Positions 30,864 to 41,926 of a stretch of 64,000 bases of DNA are shown piece after piece. Position 1 is the first letter of the stretch; each line of letters opens with the position of its first letter. The stretch spans positions 3,040,001 to 3,104,000 of the forward strand of contig OZ243961.1 in the NCBI GenBank assembly GCA_965214605.1. Direction: 5' to 3'. Below the pieces are notes generated by a model. It was not told the origin of the DNA. It searched no databases and saw nothing but the letters and a program-made list of their open reading frames with translations. The translations under genes and the position numbers were made by a program. Source of the stretch: an uncultured Candidatus Binatia bacterium. GTDB taxonomy: Bacteria > Desulfobacterota > Binatia > Bin18.

Positions 30864-33800
30864 GTTCTTGCCTCCTCTACTCACCCCCATGGGACCTTGT
30901 TTGAGCTGCTCAAGCTTGGTCTTTGCCACCTAGGCATCGATCTCGTCCGGGCGAGGGGCACGTAATCCTGCTGTCAGAAATGGAGGACCAGTGAACCTTG
31001 TAGGATCTTGCCGGTTCGGCACCGACTGTGGCGAAGGCACGCACCCAATCTCACCGGCCCGATTCCCGCACCCATTGATCTGCAAACAGTCAAACGTGCC
31101 AGATGACGAGATCATCGGGCTGAAGACCATCTACCTCTCGCAGACTCGGTCGCGGGTTGCTCCCCCAAGCTTCGGCTGCCGGCCGCGTGGGATGAGCACG
31201 TGTCGCTGGATGCGCTCACGCAGCGGGGCCTTGGCAGTATCGTTGGCTTGGAGGGGCCGTTCATCTATCACAGGGTCCAGACCTTGAGTCGCTTCTTCAG
31301 GCATACTTTGGAGTGCCCTGATAAGGTCACCGAGGGTTTTCGCGTCGTGGGACGGCCAAGGAATCAAGAGGTCCAGGGCTTTTTGATTGAAATCATAGAA
31401 CTGCTCTCGCGTGACGACCTGGCCAGTCTCAGACGCGTCGCTGCGCCGGCGAGGTCTCTAGCTGTCAGAGTCGGTCCGACGAAACTCTAGCTTGATCTGC
31501 GCGCCCCAAAGACTTCGGCCTAGGTATCGTTCTAAAACTGCTCATAATTAATGTCCTTGTTTTCCGGAAAATGGTTTGTCAACAGTGTCATCAAACATCG
31601 TGGTGCAATCTTGTAGGAGATGAATAAGACGCTTTTCTTGCTCTTCTTCCGGGAGTTGTAAAAGTGATGTGGCCACTTCATCTACAGTTTCCAAAATGGA
31701 ATCAATACCGTGGAAAAACATTGAATTTCTATGAAGTTTTCGTTATTATTGCGTTCTGTTGCTTTATTAATAACACTGTTAAGATAAGGAATGAAACCAT
31801 CGTGGAGTACTTTCTTTCGTAATTGTGAATATTCAGAAAAATTAGACCCGGTTAATAGACAAGGTGAAACAGTAGCCAGAATACATGAAACAATAGTCAT
31901 AATAGATGAAAATCTTTCTCCCCTAATAAACCTCCGTGCATCTCAAACCATTGCTCTACCGAGGCCGCTGTCTGCGGCATCTATAACTTGAAGATTGCCT
32001 GAAGGCTACCATCCGGTTTGTTGGCCAGTTGTCGTTGATCTTCTGCTGGGAGCGGCGATACGCGACGGAAGATTCATCGGTTTCCAGGCAAGGTACTCTA
32101 GCGCCTATAGAAGTCCTGTCCTTGATGGTTACGACACCATCGGGACCCTTTTGCCGTGCGTTGTCATAAGCTGGGAAAGGCGACCTAGAGGAGGTCGTTG
32201 CCGGTCGAGTGCACCCAGCTTCCGCAGAAGCACGGAGAGGTGGATACGGGCGTCGGTTTGATTCGCTGCCCAGTCCTGGCTCCAGGCAGCTTGCCTGGAC
32301 GGTCAAGAAAATCGGGACGAAGGGCCGAACCTCAATGTCTTGTTCTTCATCGTGCTGTTCGTCTCGCTCGTACGCAGCTTGCGTATCAAGGAGCCACTTT
32401 CGATCATCGCTACAAGGCTTCTCCGGCTTGAGCGCCATTCCTGGGGATGGCGCTCCACTAGATTGTTGATGTGACTCATCCCCATCTCAGCGTACCCACG
32501 AACCCTTCCAGACCTAAACCGACGGGTATCCACACGAGTGTAGGTAGTCAGCGAGGGCGCCAATTTCGCTCAGCATTCAGCCAATCTGCCAGGATGTCAT
32601 GCCGGGTCTACCGTATCAGACGACGCTGGCCGCTTTGATGAGCAGGTAGCTCGCGAAGATCAGCACCACCGCACCGATGATCATCATTCGCCGGGCTCAG
32701 CACCCGGCTCGACACGGCCACGGTTACTCCCGGCTCCGCAGATAAAACCCGAGCACGAGCAGCACGGGTGCTGACCCGCAGCGCCGCCCACACGAGATCG
32801 CACAACGCGACCTAGCCTTCTTGCCACCACGCCCGAAACGATCTGACGATCGCTCTTGTTACCCAGACGAAAATCGTCACGAGGACCACGTTCGCGATGG
32901 TCGTGAGCCGGCGTCTCGGGTGTGATGCACGATCCGGTCTGGAACGCAACGCTTGGTGCAGGGATCATGGTGGTGCACCTCACTGTCGATAGTCGCCGTG
33001 CCGCGGCGGAAACGTCCGCGGTTCCCTACGGGGAGCATTGATGTGTTCCTGGCTCCCGGCACGGATAGGCTCAAGGCCAAGCCAGTCCCAGCGGAAGCGG
33101 ATGCGGTGTCGGGGCTCGAACGAGACTTAGCGTCGCGGTAAGCGATTTGAGCGCGTGAATCAGTCGCGCGAGGGTTTCGCGTCCGGCCTCAGGGTTGGCA
33201 ACCGCAGAGGCGCAGACCAAACAGGCCGGCAGTCCGACCAGTGCCGCCGGCCTTAAGTCGAGGGACAGATCTTGGGCTACGCATGGACTGGCTACTGGAA
33301 GCAGTACCACGTCGAGTCGACGTAAAATCGGGTCACAGTATGGCTCAGTTTCCTGGGAACCACCAGCCCTAGCCCCGAAACGCCTACCAACGCTTAATGA
33401 GGGGACTCCTCCTGTTCTTCGCCTTCGTAAATGGGTTGCCTCTTATGAATTTGTGGCACCTATTGAGCATCCAATGGATGAACTGCCTCAAATCGACGTC
33501 CTGAGGTCGCCCACGAGAAGGGACCCCTACGAGTGACCTCAATGACTTGGGAGTGTCGAGGGGTTATCTGACTCGATAACCGCTACCGGAGAAGACAGCG
33601 CGTGAACTCTACCGCCTACCTGGCACCCGGCTGAGCCAATATGAAACCTTACCTGTCATTGCCGCGCGGACCCCTTAGGCGATTCTCTGCCTGCTTACGG
33701 CATTGCACATCTACGGTCTGACTGAGGAAATCCCCGAGCATGTTCGGATCGCTATGCCCCAAAGCTCCATTATCCATAACTGAAGATGGTCCAGGTTTCC

Positions 33801-34097
33801 GGAGGCAATTACTGCACCGCAGGAGAAGACATCGCCCTTGAGCGTGGTCGACCGGGATTCTATGGAAATGCTAAGGTGGTGACTGCTCCAAGCATAGGAA
33901 CAAGATCGCCCTTGATAATGCTCTCGACGCGCTCAAGAACTCCCTCCATAATAAGCTAGTCTCCTCCGACGAGCTCCGGTCGTACGCAAGGGCCGCTCAA
34001 GGCGTCGATGTCATACGGCCGTACATGGAGGCGGTCGCGTGAAGCATCTCCACACAGCACCAAACCGAATATCTATATACCACTGAGGAGAGCGCAA

Positions 34098-36197
34098 TTG
34101 GATAAGGTGCAAGCTGAAGCGCTCTTGCGCACTGCTGTCGCGAATCCAAGCGCACGCTTTCGCAAAGGGCAATGGGAAGCGATTGATGCGTTGGTAAACC
34201 AACGTCGGAAGCTCATGGTGGTTCAGCGAACCGGCTGGGGTAAAAGCTCAGTTTATTTCATCAGCACTCGTATTCTTCGTGATCAAGGCGCCGGACCGAC
34301 GGTGATTGTTTCGCCCCTGCTTGCGCTAATGCGAAACCAGATCGAAGCCGCAACCCGAATCGGGATTCGAGCTGAGACAATCAACTCCACCAACCGCAGC
34401 GAATGGGAGGAGATTAAGGGAGACCTCCTTGCCGATAACGTCGACGCGGTTCTGATCTCACCGGAGCGTCTCTCCAACGAAAAATTTGTCGAAACGGTCT
34501 TGCTCCCAATCGCGCATCGTACGGGTCTACTAGTCGTCGATGAGGTGCATTGTATTTCCGATTGGGGCCACGACTTCCGTCCTGATTACCGTCGTCTGGT
34601 CCATGTTTTGCGCCAGATGCCACCCAATATACCGGTTCTTGGCACCACTGCTACCGCAAATGATCGTGTAATCAATGACGCAAGGCGCCAGCTGGGCGAC
34701 ATTCATATCAACCGGGGCTCGCTCGCCCGTGACAGCTTGTCCCTGCAAACACTGCGACTACGAGCCCAAGCTGAACGCCTTGCCTGGTTGGCTCAACGAA
34801 TCCCCGAACTTCCCGGTACCGGGATCGTATACGTCCTGACTATTCGCGACGCGGAGCAAGTCTCCGTATGGTTGACCGCTCGCGGTATATCCGCCCGAGC
34901 GTACTACAGTAGCGTAGAAAACGAGCAATTCGCGGACACGAACGCCTATCGTCAGCACCTTGAGGATCAGCTGCTCAACAACGGTATTAAGACCCTTGTT
35001 GCGACCACCGCGCTCGGCATGGGCTACGACAAACCAGACTTGGGCTTCGTCATCCACTATCAAGCACCAAGCTCAGTCGTTGCCTACTATCAACAGGTCG
35101 GACGTGCAGGGCGAGGAATCGATCACGCCGTCGGCGTCTTACTCTCGGGGCGCGAAGACGAAGACATTCATGAGTATTTCCGCCAAACTGCCTTCCCACC
35201 AGAGCGGGACGTTGACGCGATACTGTCAGCACTGGAGGACAGCGATGGCATGTCTGTTGGCGAGCTGCAACGTCATCTGAACCTCCGCCGAAGCCAGATC
35301 GCCAAGGTCCTCAAGATTCTCAGCGTTGAGAGCTCTGCTCCAGTTATTAAGCTTGGACGAAATTGGCAACGTACGCCGGTCTCTTTCAGGATGGATCAGG
35401 AACGAATCGATCGCTTGACCCAACAGCGGGAACTTGAATGGCAGGAGATCCAGGAATACATAGAGACCGACGGCTGCCTAATGGCTTATTTGCTGTGCGC
35501 TCTTGACGCTCCTCTCGTTGAAGACTGTGGCCGGTGCGCGAACTGTCTAGGGCGACCGATTCTCAGCCCAAACGTCGACCGGTCTCTTGTGATTGATGCG
35601 GCGAGGTTCTTGCGCAAATCCGAGTTCCCCTTCGAGTCCAAGATACAAGTCCCTGCAGACGCGTTTCCGGAGTACGGATTTGTTGGCAAGCTTCCGGTGG
35701 TATTTCGGGCCTCCGAAGGACGTATCCTTTCGCGCTGGGGTGATGGCGGTTGGGGCGCGTTAGTCGCAGCCGACAAACATGCCGGTCATTTCCGCGATGA
35801 GCTTGTCAATGCAATCGCCGAGATGCTCGAACAGCGCTGGCGACCCAACCCGGCACCACAATGGGTCACCTGTGTCCCCTCACTGAATCGTCCAGCGCTT
35901 GTTCCATCTTTCGCGAAGCGGCTTGCTGCACGGCTCGGTCTGCCGTTCCGAGGGATTATCCAGAAAGTACGACCAAATAAACCACAGAAGAATCAGCAGA
36001 ACCGCTACCACCAATGCCGCAATCTCGATGGGGTATTCGAGATTACAACAGAAGCCGTCGCCGGAACCCCAGTCCTTCTGGTCGACGATGTTATTGACTC
36101 TGGATGGACAATGACCGTACTTGCAGCATTGCTACTGCACGCCCGCAGCGGGCCTGTCTATCCCGTCGCGCTGGCTTCGACCAGTACTGGAAACTAA
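34098..36197 (+). CDS. RecQ-family helicase fused to a C-terminal ComF-like PRTase domain
   Basis: QRTGWGKS, DEVHCISDWGHDFRPDY, YYQQVGRAGR, Zn site C...CGRCANC; VLLVDDVIDSGWT; TTG start after GAGGAG. Confidence 0.88.
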   Translation: MDKVQAEALLRTAVANPSARFRKGQWEAIDALVNQRRKLMVVQRTGWGKSSVYFISTRILRDQGAGPTVIVSPLLALMRNQIEAATRIGIRAETINSTNRSEWEEIKGDLLADNVDAVLISPERLSNEKFVETVLLPIAHRTGLLVVDEVHCISDWGHDFRPDYRRLVHVLRQMPPNIPVLGTTATANDRVINDARRQLGDIHINRGSLARDSLSLQTLRLRAQAERLAWLAQRIPELPGTGIVYVLTIRDAEQVSVWLTARGISARAYYSSVENEQFADTNAYRQHLEDQLLNNGIKTLVATTALGMGYDKPDLGFVIHYQAPSSVVAYYQQVGRAGRGIDHAVGVLLSGREDEDIHEYFRQTAFPPERDVDAILSALEDSDGMSVGELQRHLNLRRSQIAKVLKILSVESSAPVIKLGRNWQRTPVSFRMDQERIDRLTQQRELEWQEIQEYIETDGCLMAYLLCALDAPLVEDCGRCANCLGRPILSPNVDRSLVIDAARFLRKSEFPFESKIQVPADAFPEYGFVGKLPVVFRASEGRILSRWGDGGWGALVAADKHAGHFRDELVNAIAEMLEQRWRPNPAPQWVTCVPSLNRPALVPSFAKRLAARLGLPFRGIIQKVRPNKPQKNQQNRYHQCRNLDGVFEITTEAVAGTPVLLVDDVIDSGWTMTVLAALLLHARSGPVYPVALASTSTGN

Positions 36198-37625
36198 ATG
36201 ACAGTATCTCCAAGCACTCAGGCTGTGTTGCTCCTTACCGCGCATTTATCGAAAACCAGCGGAGATTCAACCAAGCCCTTAATGCCGAGGGAGTGGGGAC
36301 GTTTTGCAGTCTGGCTAAAGGAGCATTCGCTAAGACCCGAGCAACTCGTAAAGAGCCATCCCTCCGATCTTCTCGGAGGATGGTCCGACCGACAAATTCC
36401 CATTGAAAGAATCGAAGCATTGCTCAATCGCGGGCCCTTGTTGGCATTGGCAATGGAGAAATGGCTCCGCGCGGGGCTTTGGGTGTTGACACGTTCCGAT
36501 GCCGACTATCCGTCCCGACTCAAGAAACGCCTCGGCACCGTTTCTCCGGCCGTTTTTTTTGGCTGTGGGAACCGCTCACTGCTTAATAGCGGCGGCCTCG
36601 CGGTGATAGGTTCTCGAAAGGCCGTTCAAGAAGACCTCCAGTACTCCCGTCGACTCGGAGCAACGGCCGCGGGGCAGGGGTATGCGATAGTGTCCGGAGG
36701 TGCCCGCGGTGTCGATGAGGCTGTGATGTCAGGCGCCTTGGAAAGTGAAGGCACCGTTGTCGGGGTGCTAGCCGACAGCCTACTGCGCGCATGTTCCAGC
36801 TTAAAGTATCGGCGCCACCTAATGGCGAATAATCTAGTGCTTGTTTCGACATTCCACCCTGAGGCTGGTTTCAACGTGGGCAACGCCATGCGGCGGAACA
36901 AGTACATCTACTGCCTATCAGATGCGGCCTTGGTCGTTCACTCCGCCACGAAGGGTGGTACCTGGACTGGCGCGACTGAGAATCTCAAGCGGCGGTGGGT
37001 ACCGCTGTGGGTCAAACTCACAAAGGATAGAACTGCGGGTAATCTTGAGCTTGTGAAGCAAGGAGCTCGCTGGGCCACTGACACAGCTGAGGAAGTGGTT
37101 GTCGGTGAGATGCTTAAGAACAGCACGGAACCCAGAACCACGCCTGCTGCCCTTTCCTCTGCCAAGGAACGTCCCGAGTCAATTGCGCTGCCCATGGAGG
37201 AGGTGGCAACCCATACGAACTACGGCCCTCCTGCATCTAACGCTTCTGAGGCGACACTAGCCGTGGAGAAGATGGACCTGTCTGGTACAGGTGATGGAGC
37301 TGATGCATCCCAAACAGTTACGGAGGCGGCCAGCGACGAGCGTGAACAGGTTATACAGGGCGAACCTGTCGCCCATTCCGAAATAAACACCTGCACTTCG
37401 ATCACGACGATGTCTTTTTATGAGTTCTTCGCTCAGAAACTCTCAGAAGTCTGTCGTACATCCCCCAAGACACCCGGCGAGCTTGCAGAGATCTTTGATC
37501 TCAACAAGACGCAGACGAACGCGTGGCTTAAGCGTGCGGTTGGCGAAAAGAAGGTGAAGAAGCTCTCCAAGCCAGTTCGATATCAATGGATTGATTCGCA
37601 GCAGACGCCACTGTTTGACGGCTGA
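36198..37625 (+). CDS. DprA/Smf family protein with an acidic linker and C-terminal HTH
   Basis: DADYPSRL, AVIGSR, IVSGGARGVD, MRRNKYI, KGGTWTGA; starts immediately after the RecQ stop. Confidence 0.88.
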   Translation: MTVSPSTQAVLLLTAHLSKTSGDSTKPLMPREWGRFAVWLKEHSLRPEQLVKSHPSDLLGGWSDRQIPIERIEALLNRGPLLALAMEKWLRAGLWVLTRSDADYPSRLKKRLGTVSPAVFFGCGNRSLLNSGGLAVIGSRKAVQEDLQYSRRLGATAAGQGYAIVSGGARGVDEAVMSGALESEGTVVGVLADSLLRACSSLKYRRHLMANNLVLVSTFHPEAGFNVGNAMRRNKYIYCLSDAALVVHSATKGGTWTGATENLKRRWVPLWVKLTKDRTAGNLELVKQGARWATDTAEEVVVGEMLKNSTEPRTTPAALSSAKERPESIALPMEEVATHTNYGPPASNASEATLAVEKMDLSGTGDGADASQTVTEAASDEREQVIQGEPVAHSEINTCTSITTMSFYEFFAQKLSEVCRTSPKTPGELAEIFDLNKTQTNAWLKRAVGEKKVKKLSKPVRYQWIDSQQTPLFDG

Positions 37626-38029
37626 CATCAGTATCTCCCGGTATAGATATTCTTTGAAGGTGTACTCTCCGTCACTGCCACGTTCAGCGCAAACAACCTC
37701 GCGAAAGGCAGCACTAGGAAACTTGGGCGCAGGCTGAAGGGTAGTGTTAGAGAGATCACCCGCGTGGGTACGAGCAGGGGCAGAGCCGAGTGTTTGATCC
37801 AGTGGTAGACGAAGAAGCCCTTGCGTCCCTCGCCCCATCCCATCGGCGCAGGTCGCGCTTCTCCAAACCGCTGATGAGGGCGACTAGGCTGAACATCACG
37901 AACACTGCCGTGGTGAGTACCAGAGGAGTTTTGGCGCTGGTTGAAACACAGGAGTGTTGAGATGGTCGCTTGTTGATAGCATGCTAGAGTGAGGGCGTGA
38001 GTAGGCGCGTCTACACATGGAGCGCAGTC

Positions 38030-38365
38030 TTGAAGATATTCTATTTGGCGACGGCAGTAGTAGGTGCAGTAGTGCCATGGGTGTTCTTTGGATCTTTCTT
38101 CGCGGCCCAGGGCTTTGATATTCCGCGGTTTCTGGCGGGCTTATTTGCGAATGGCGCGGCAGGCGGCTTCTCAGCGGATATCCTGATATCAATCGTAGTT
38201 TTTTGGGTTTGGTCTTTCCTTGATGCCCGAACGAATAGTGTTCGACATTGGTGGCTGGTATTGCCTGCCGGATTTTGTGTTGGACTGTCGCTCGTCTTGC
38301 CTCTGTACTTGTACTTCAGGACAGTGGCCCAGGAAGAGCTTGATCCCCTAGCAAAAACCCCCTGA
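38030..38365 (+). CDS. Small membrane protein, DUF2834-like
   Basis: Hydrophobic helices; FANGAAGGFSADILIS and VGLSLVLPLYLYFR. Confidence 0.65.
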   Translation: MKIFYLATAVVGAVVPWVFFGSFFAAQGFDIPRFLAGLFANGAAGGFSADILISIVVFWVWSFLDARTNSVRHWWLVLPAGFCVGLSLVLPLYLYFRTVAQEELDPLAKTP

Positions 38366-38583
38366 CAAAACCTATCGGTCAAAACCGTTCGGAGCGTCGC
38401 ACGGCAACCGGGGACGCAAAACGAAAGAAATTTCCGCATCCACAAACCCTTGGAAAAATCTCCTTTGGTTTTGACACGTTCTTGTCCGGCCGGGAGAAGC
38501 TGACATTCGCCACGACCTACCGAATTGGTGAGTTGGGTTCCCTATGGACTTTTGCGGGATCAAAGATGGTGATGCGCTGTCAT

Positions 38584-38657
38584 TGGAGCGGATAGCGGGA
38601 ATCGAACCCGCGCATCCGGCTTGGGAAACTGGCAGGCTGCCACGACATTATACTCAC
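38584..38657 (-). pseudogene. Degenerate full-length tRNA-Gly(CCC)
   Basis: GTGAGTATAATGTCGTGGCAGCCTGCCAGTTTCCCAAGCCGGATGCGCGGGTTCGATTCCCGCTATCCGCTCCA; perfect T-arm and CCA; A-C mismatches in the acceptor and anticodon stems. Confidence 0.75.
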
Positions 38658-39533
38658 ACGCGCTCTGGACAGCCGCCCGCCTGGCCGGACGGAAGATCGG
38701 TTCGGCCCGCCTGCCGCTTTCCGCACCGTGTTTCTCTACAGCGGCGCAAAACCGCGCGGAGCCTGTACTTGCAACATTGATGTTGGTATCGGGGTGGTGC
38801 AGATTACAGCCGCTGAAGCGGGGGGGCCTTCAGGTGGCGGTGCAGCTCGCGCTTGATGGGTCTGCGCTTGAGGTCGCTCGGACAGAGATACGGTCGAGCA
38901 GGGACCTCCCGGATGCGAGAGTAGGGGCGTTGCGGACTATCTATCCTCGCCGCCCGAGTGATTGGTGGCGAGCAAGGCGCCGCATCGGAAGGAAAGAAGA
39001 CGTCGGGCTGCGGGCAGGAGGGCGGAATGCCGCTCGGGCCTCGCGGCCTTTGTGGTCGGTGATCTTGATATCGGGCGTCAGGCTCACGAAAAAAGGGCGG
39101 AGTTCGTACTCGGCCTCGCCTCCCTCGGTGACGAGGTTGGTCGACATGGCGGTGTTTCCCGTTTGGATGGGTTGCAGAGGAAAGGCACGGCGGCCTCGCT
39201 TGGTTTCCGCTGCCCCTGGGCGTGGTGCTCAAACCGTTCTTAACGCCCCATGCGCCCTTCCAGTGAGACCGCGAAGTATGATTCGCACTGGTAAGGGGCG
39301 CGTTTCGCATCATGCTCGAAATCCCCGGAACCGGGCGGGACTCGACGCCGAACGAGGGGCGGTCTAGGAAGTCGTCAGCAAGGCGTCGTGGGGAAGGCGA
39401 AATAGAGGAAGACAAAGGGCCCCACGTGCGGCGAAGAACGGGAGCTTGTAGCGAAGCCCCGGTGTGTGGTGTTCCATGCGCTCCCGGAACTGCGCTCCCT
39501 GCTTGAGATCGTGGAACCGTTTGCCTGTCCACT

Positions 39534-40409
39534 GTGCGGCCAGGAGGTCAACCCCACCAGCCGATTCGTATCAAACGACAGACGCGTCGAACTATCCGGA
39601 ACGCTACGGAATCCACCGGCAGTAGAACGGTAAGCCGGGCAGTTTGGAGGAGCGACAGTCAAGCTGCGATGTTGCTGAACTATCCGGCCGTTTCCGTTCT
39701 AGAGAGCAACGTGCTGTTTCCCGTCCACGAAGGAAGGTTGGGTGTTGGGCGCTTAACTGATCGCCATGGCAACCCAGATCTGATAGTGGAGTTCACTACG
39801 GAATATCTGACGCGGTATCGGGCAATCGCCCCAAAGGGCCGTTTGCCCCAGACGATAACCGAGATAATGCCAACGCTGCATCTGCTCTTAAATGACGCCG
39901 AGCTTGCGTTGAAAGCTGGCCTGCTCCGCTTGGGTAAGCCGGGGGGAGGGCATGACCTCCGAACACTCTTTTGCGGATTGGAGGATGAGCACCGGGAGGA
40001 AGCGGAGCGACGGTTTGTCGACGCCGCTCCAAACGCACCCCTGAAGGCTTTACGGGGCGAGCGCCCCACGGTGGAGAAGGTGCTGGACGTGTACGGCAAG
40101 GGCTTCGATGGAAGTTCGGTCTATATGCAAACTCGGTATGACGCAGAGCCAACGACGATGCTCCGGTCGCCGTTGCCGAAGGGCGCTAACCTAGAGTCCA
40201 AGACACATTGTATCCGATCTTTCTCCCGGCCGTCGTCTCGTAGAATCCGTCTGCCGGAACGCAGGCTTCGCGCGTGCCGTCTCAGCGCAGGTGTTGATGA
40301 GCTTGTAGCCAATACTGGCATCCCTGGGCCATCGGCCTTCAGCGAAGCATCGCGAGCCGCTGGCCGCCCTCATGCGCCCGAACGACCGTTACGTTCCGGC
40401 CCGGCGTGA
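39534..40409 (+). pseudogene. Hypothetical protein with a HEPN-like segment, probably degraded
   Basis: AELALKAGL...GHDLRTLF pattern; termini look frameshifted. Confidence 0.35.
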
Positions 40410-40622
40410 CGTTGAAACGAAGCCCGAGGTTGCGCGACGGGCCGAACAGGCTTAGGAACTCGTACACCTCCCGCCAGCTAAAGTATTGCGTGAACCGGTA
40501 TGCGCTCGCCGCGCTGTCTAGTCAGGGTGTGAATGCAAACGCGTCGCTGCTGACGTGTGCGCGTCGCATATGAGCGCGTGATGGCTAAAGGCTCTAGGGC
40601 ACCTCGGCGCTCACGGACGCAC

Positions 40623-41429
40623 TCATTCGCACACGATGCCGTCGCCATCGCCGTCGCGCATGTAGCGATAGGCCGGATGACTGTGGCGAACAGGGGCGAT
40701 GCCGTGCCGGCGTGCTTCCTTGCAGGTGATCCGGCCGTTTCGGTTGTCGTCATAGCGTGCGAGTGCGTCGCCGTTGCCACCCGGATTCGTGCCGGCGCGT
40801 CGGCCGCGCGCGGTATCCTGGTGGCAGACCAGCGGCTCCAACGCAGTGCTCTGGCAGCGGGTGAGGATCCGCTCCAGAGCGTCTGCCTCCCGCCGGTCTA
40901 TGGTGAGGCCATAGGCACGACGCACCTCCACGACGCGGCTTGCGAACCAGCACCGATTGCGTCGCGGGAGCCATTCGGCTGCGTCCTTGTTGCTCTTCCG
41001 GTGGCGGTTCAGGCTCGGCGCGGCAAGGGTAAGGTTGCGAATGTCTCGGGCGAAGCGCAACCGTGTCGCGCGGTCCTGGGAGCACAGTCCCGAGTCATGG
41101 GCCTCGCTCATCGCGATGATGTGCTCGATGTCGGTCTCGGACGTCGAGGCGAAACAGGTCCCGGTATAGGGACCGTAGACCGTGCCAAGACGGCGCACGA
41201 TCTCGCGCTCAATCGACGGTGGGTAGCGGTAGTCTCGCTTCCTGTCGTAAGCGGAACAACGTTTCTCGGGCGCCACCGTCAAGCCGCGCCACGTCTCGGC
41301 GTGGGCAGTGTCGATGAGCGTGAGAACGACTCCAGCGGCAAGGCAGGAAAGAGCGAGGGCACGCAGGCGACGCCGGTTAGACCGTCGCGAAGTCAGATTG
41401 GACAGGAAACGTCGTTCAACGCACAGCAT
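40623..41429 (-). CDS. Secreted DUF1524/HNH nuclease with EF-hand-like and Excalibur Ca-binding tail
   Basis: Signal-like N-terminus ending AHA; TDIEHIIAMSEAHDSG, NRHRKSNKDAAEWLP; DDNRNGRITC and RDGDGDGIVCE. Confidence 0.8.
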   Translation of the reverse strand: MLCVERRFLSNLTSRRSNRRRLRALALSCLAAGVVLTLIDTAHAETWRGLTVAPEKRCSAYDRKRDYRYPPSIEREIVRRLGTVYGPYTGTCFASTSETDIEHIIAMSEAHDSGLCSQDRATRLRFARDIRNLTLAAPSLNRHRKSNKDAAEWLPRRNRCWFASRVVEVRRAYGLTIDRREADALERILTRCQSTALEPLVCHQDTARGRRAGTNPGGNGDALARYDDNRNGRITCKEARRHGIAPVRHSHPAYRYMRDGDGDGIVCE

Positions 41430-41512
41430 GAGCTTGTTGGCCTCCCTGCAGGAATTGCTGGTACGAAAACAAGGGAATATTGTCTCCTTAGCTTGAATTC
41501 ACTGCGTGGGGG

Positions 41513-41730
41513 ATGATCGTATTCGCCAAACTGACCTCCAAGAACCAGTTGACCATACCCACGGCGGTCACCGCCGCCGTGGAGGCCACCGAGTGTTTCG
41601 ATGTGACCACGGAGAAGGGCCGGTTCGTGTCAACCGTGCCGATGGCGCGCGTCGTGCAAAGCTGGCCGAGTTCCGGCTCTCGGAGGCCGATGTAAAGGAC
41701 GCGGTTTCTTGGGCCCGGTCGGGTGAATAA
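41513..41730 (+). pseudogene. AbrB/MazE-family antitoxin, frameshifted
   Basis: AKLTSKNQLTIP...FDV, continuing in another frame as AKLAEFRLSEADVKDAVSWAR. Confidence 0.65.
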
Positions 41731-41926
41731 CGCCAGTCTGTCCGGTCCTTGACACAAAGGTAGTAGATGTTCTCCCACTGGAATAACGTATTATTTTTTC
41801 GATATAACCAGGCTATTCTACTTAATTCCGCGAGCGTCCCGCAAGCGGCTTCGAGTGAATTTTCCCGATGGCGTCGCGGTGCCGTCGATGGGATCAGCCT
41901 ATCCCATAGGGGTTCGCGGTACGCCG

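Noticed and set aside
32040-32170. GroEL-like snippet (GPDGVVTIKD...LETDES)
   Set aside because: Too short and not supported by flanking sequence
33551-33591. IS terminal inverted repeat at the GGTTATC/GATAACC hairpin
   Set aside because: No transposase or matching second end found
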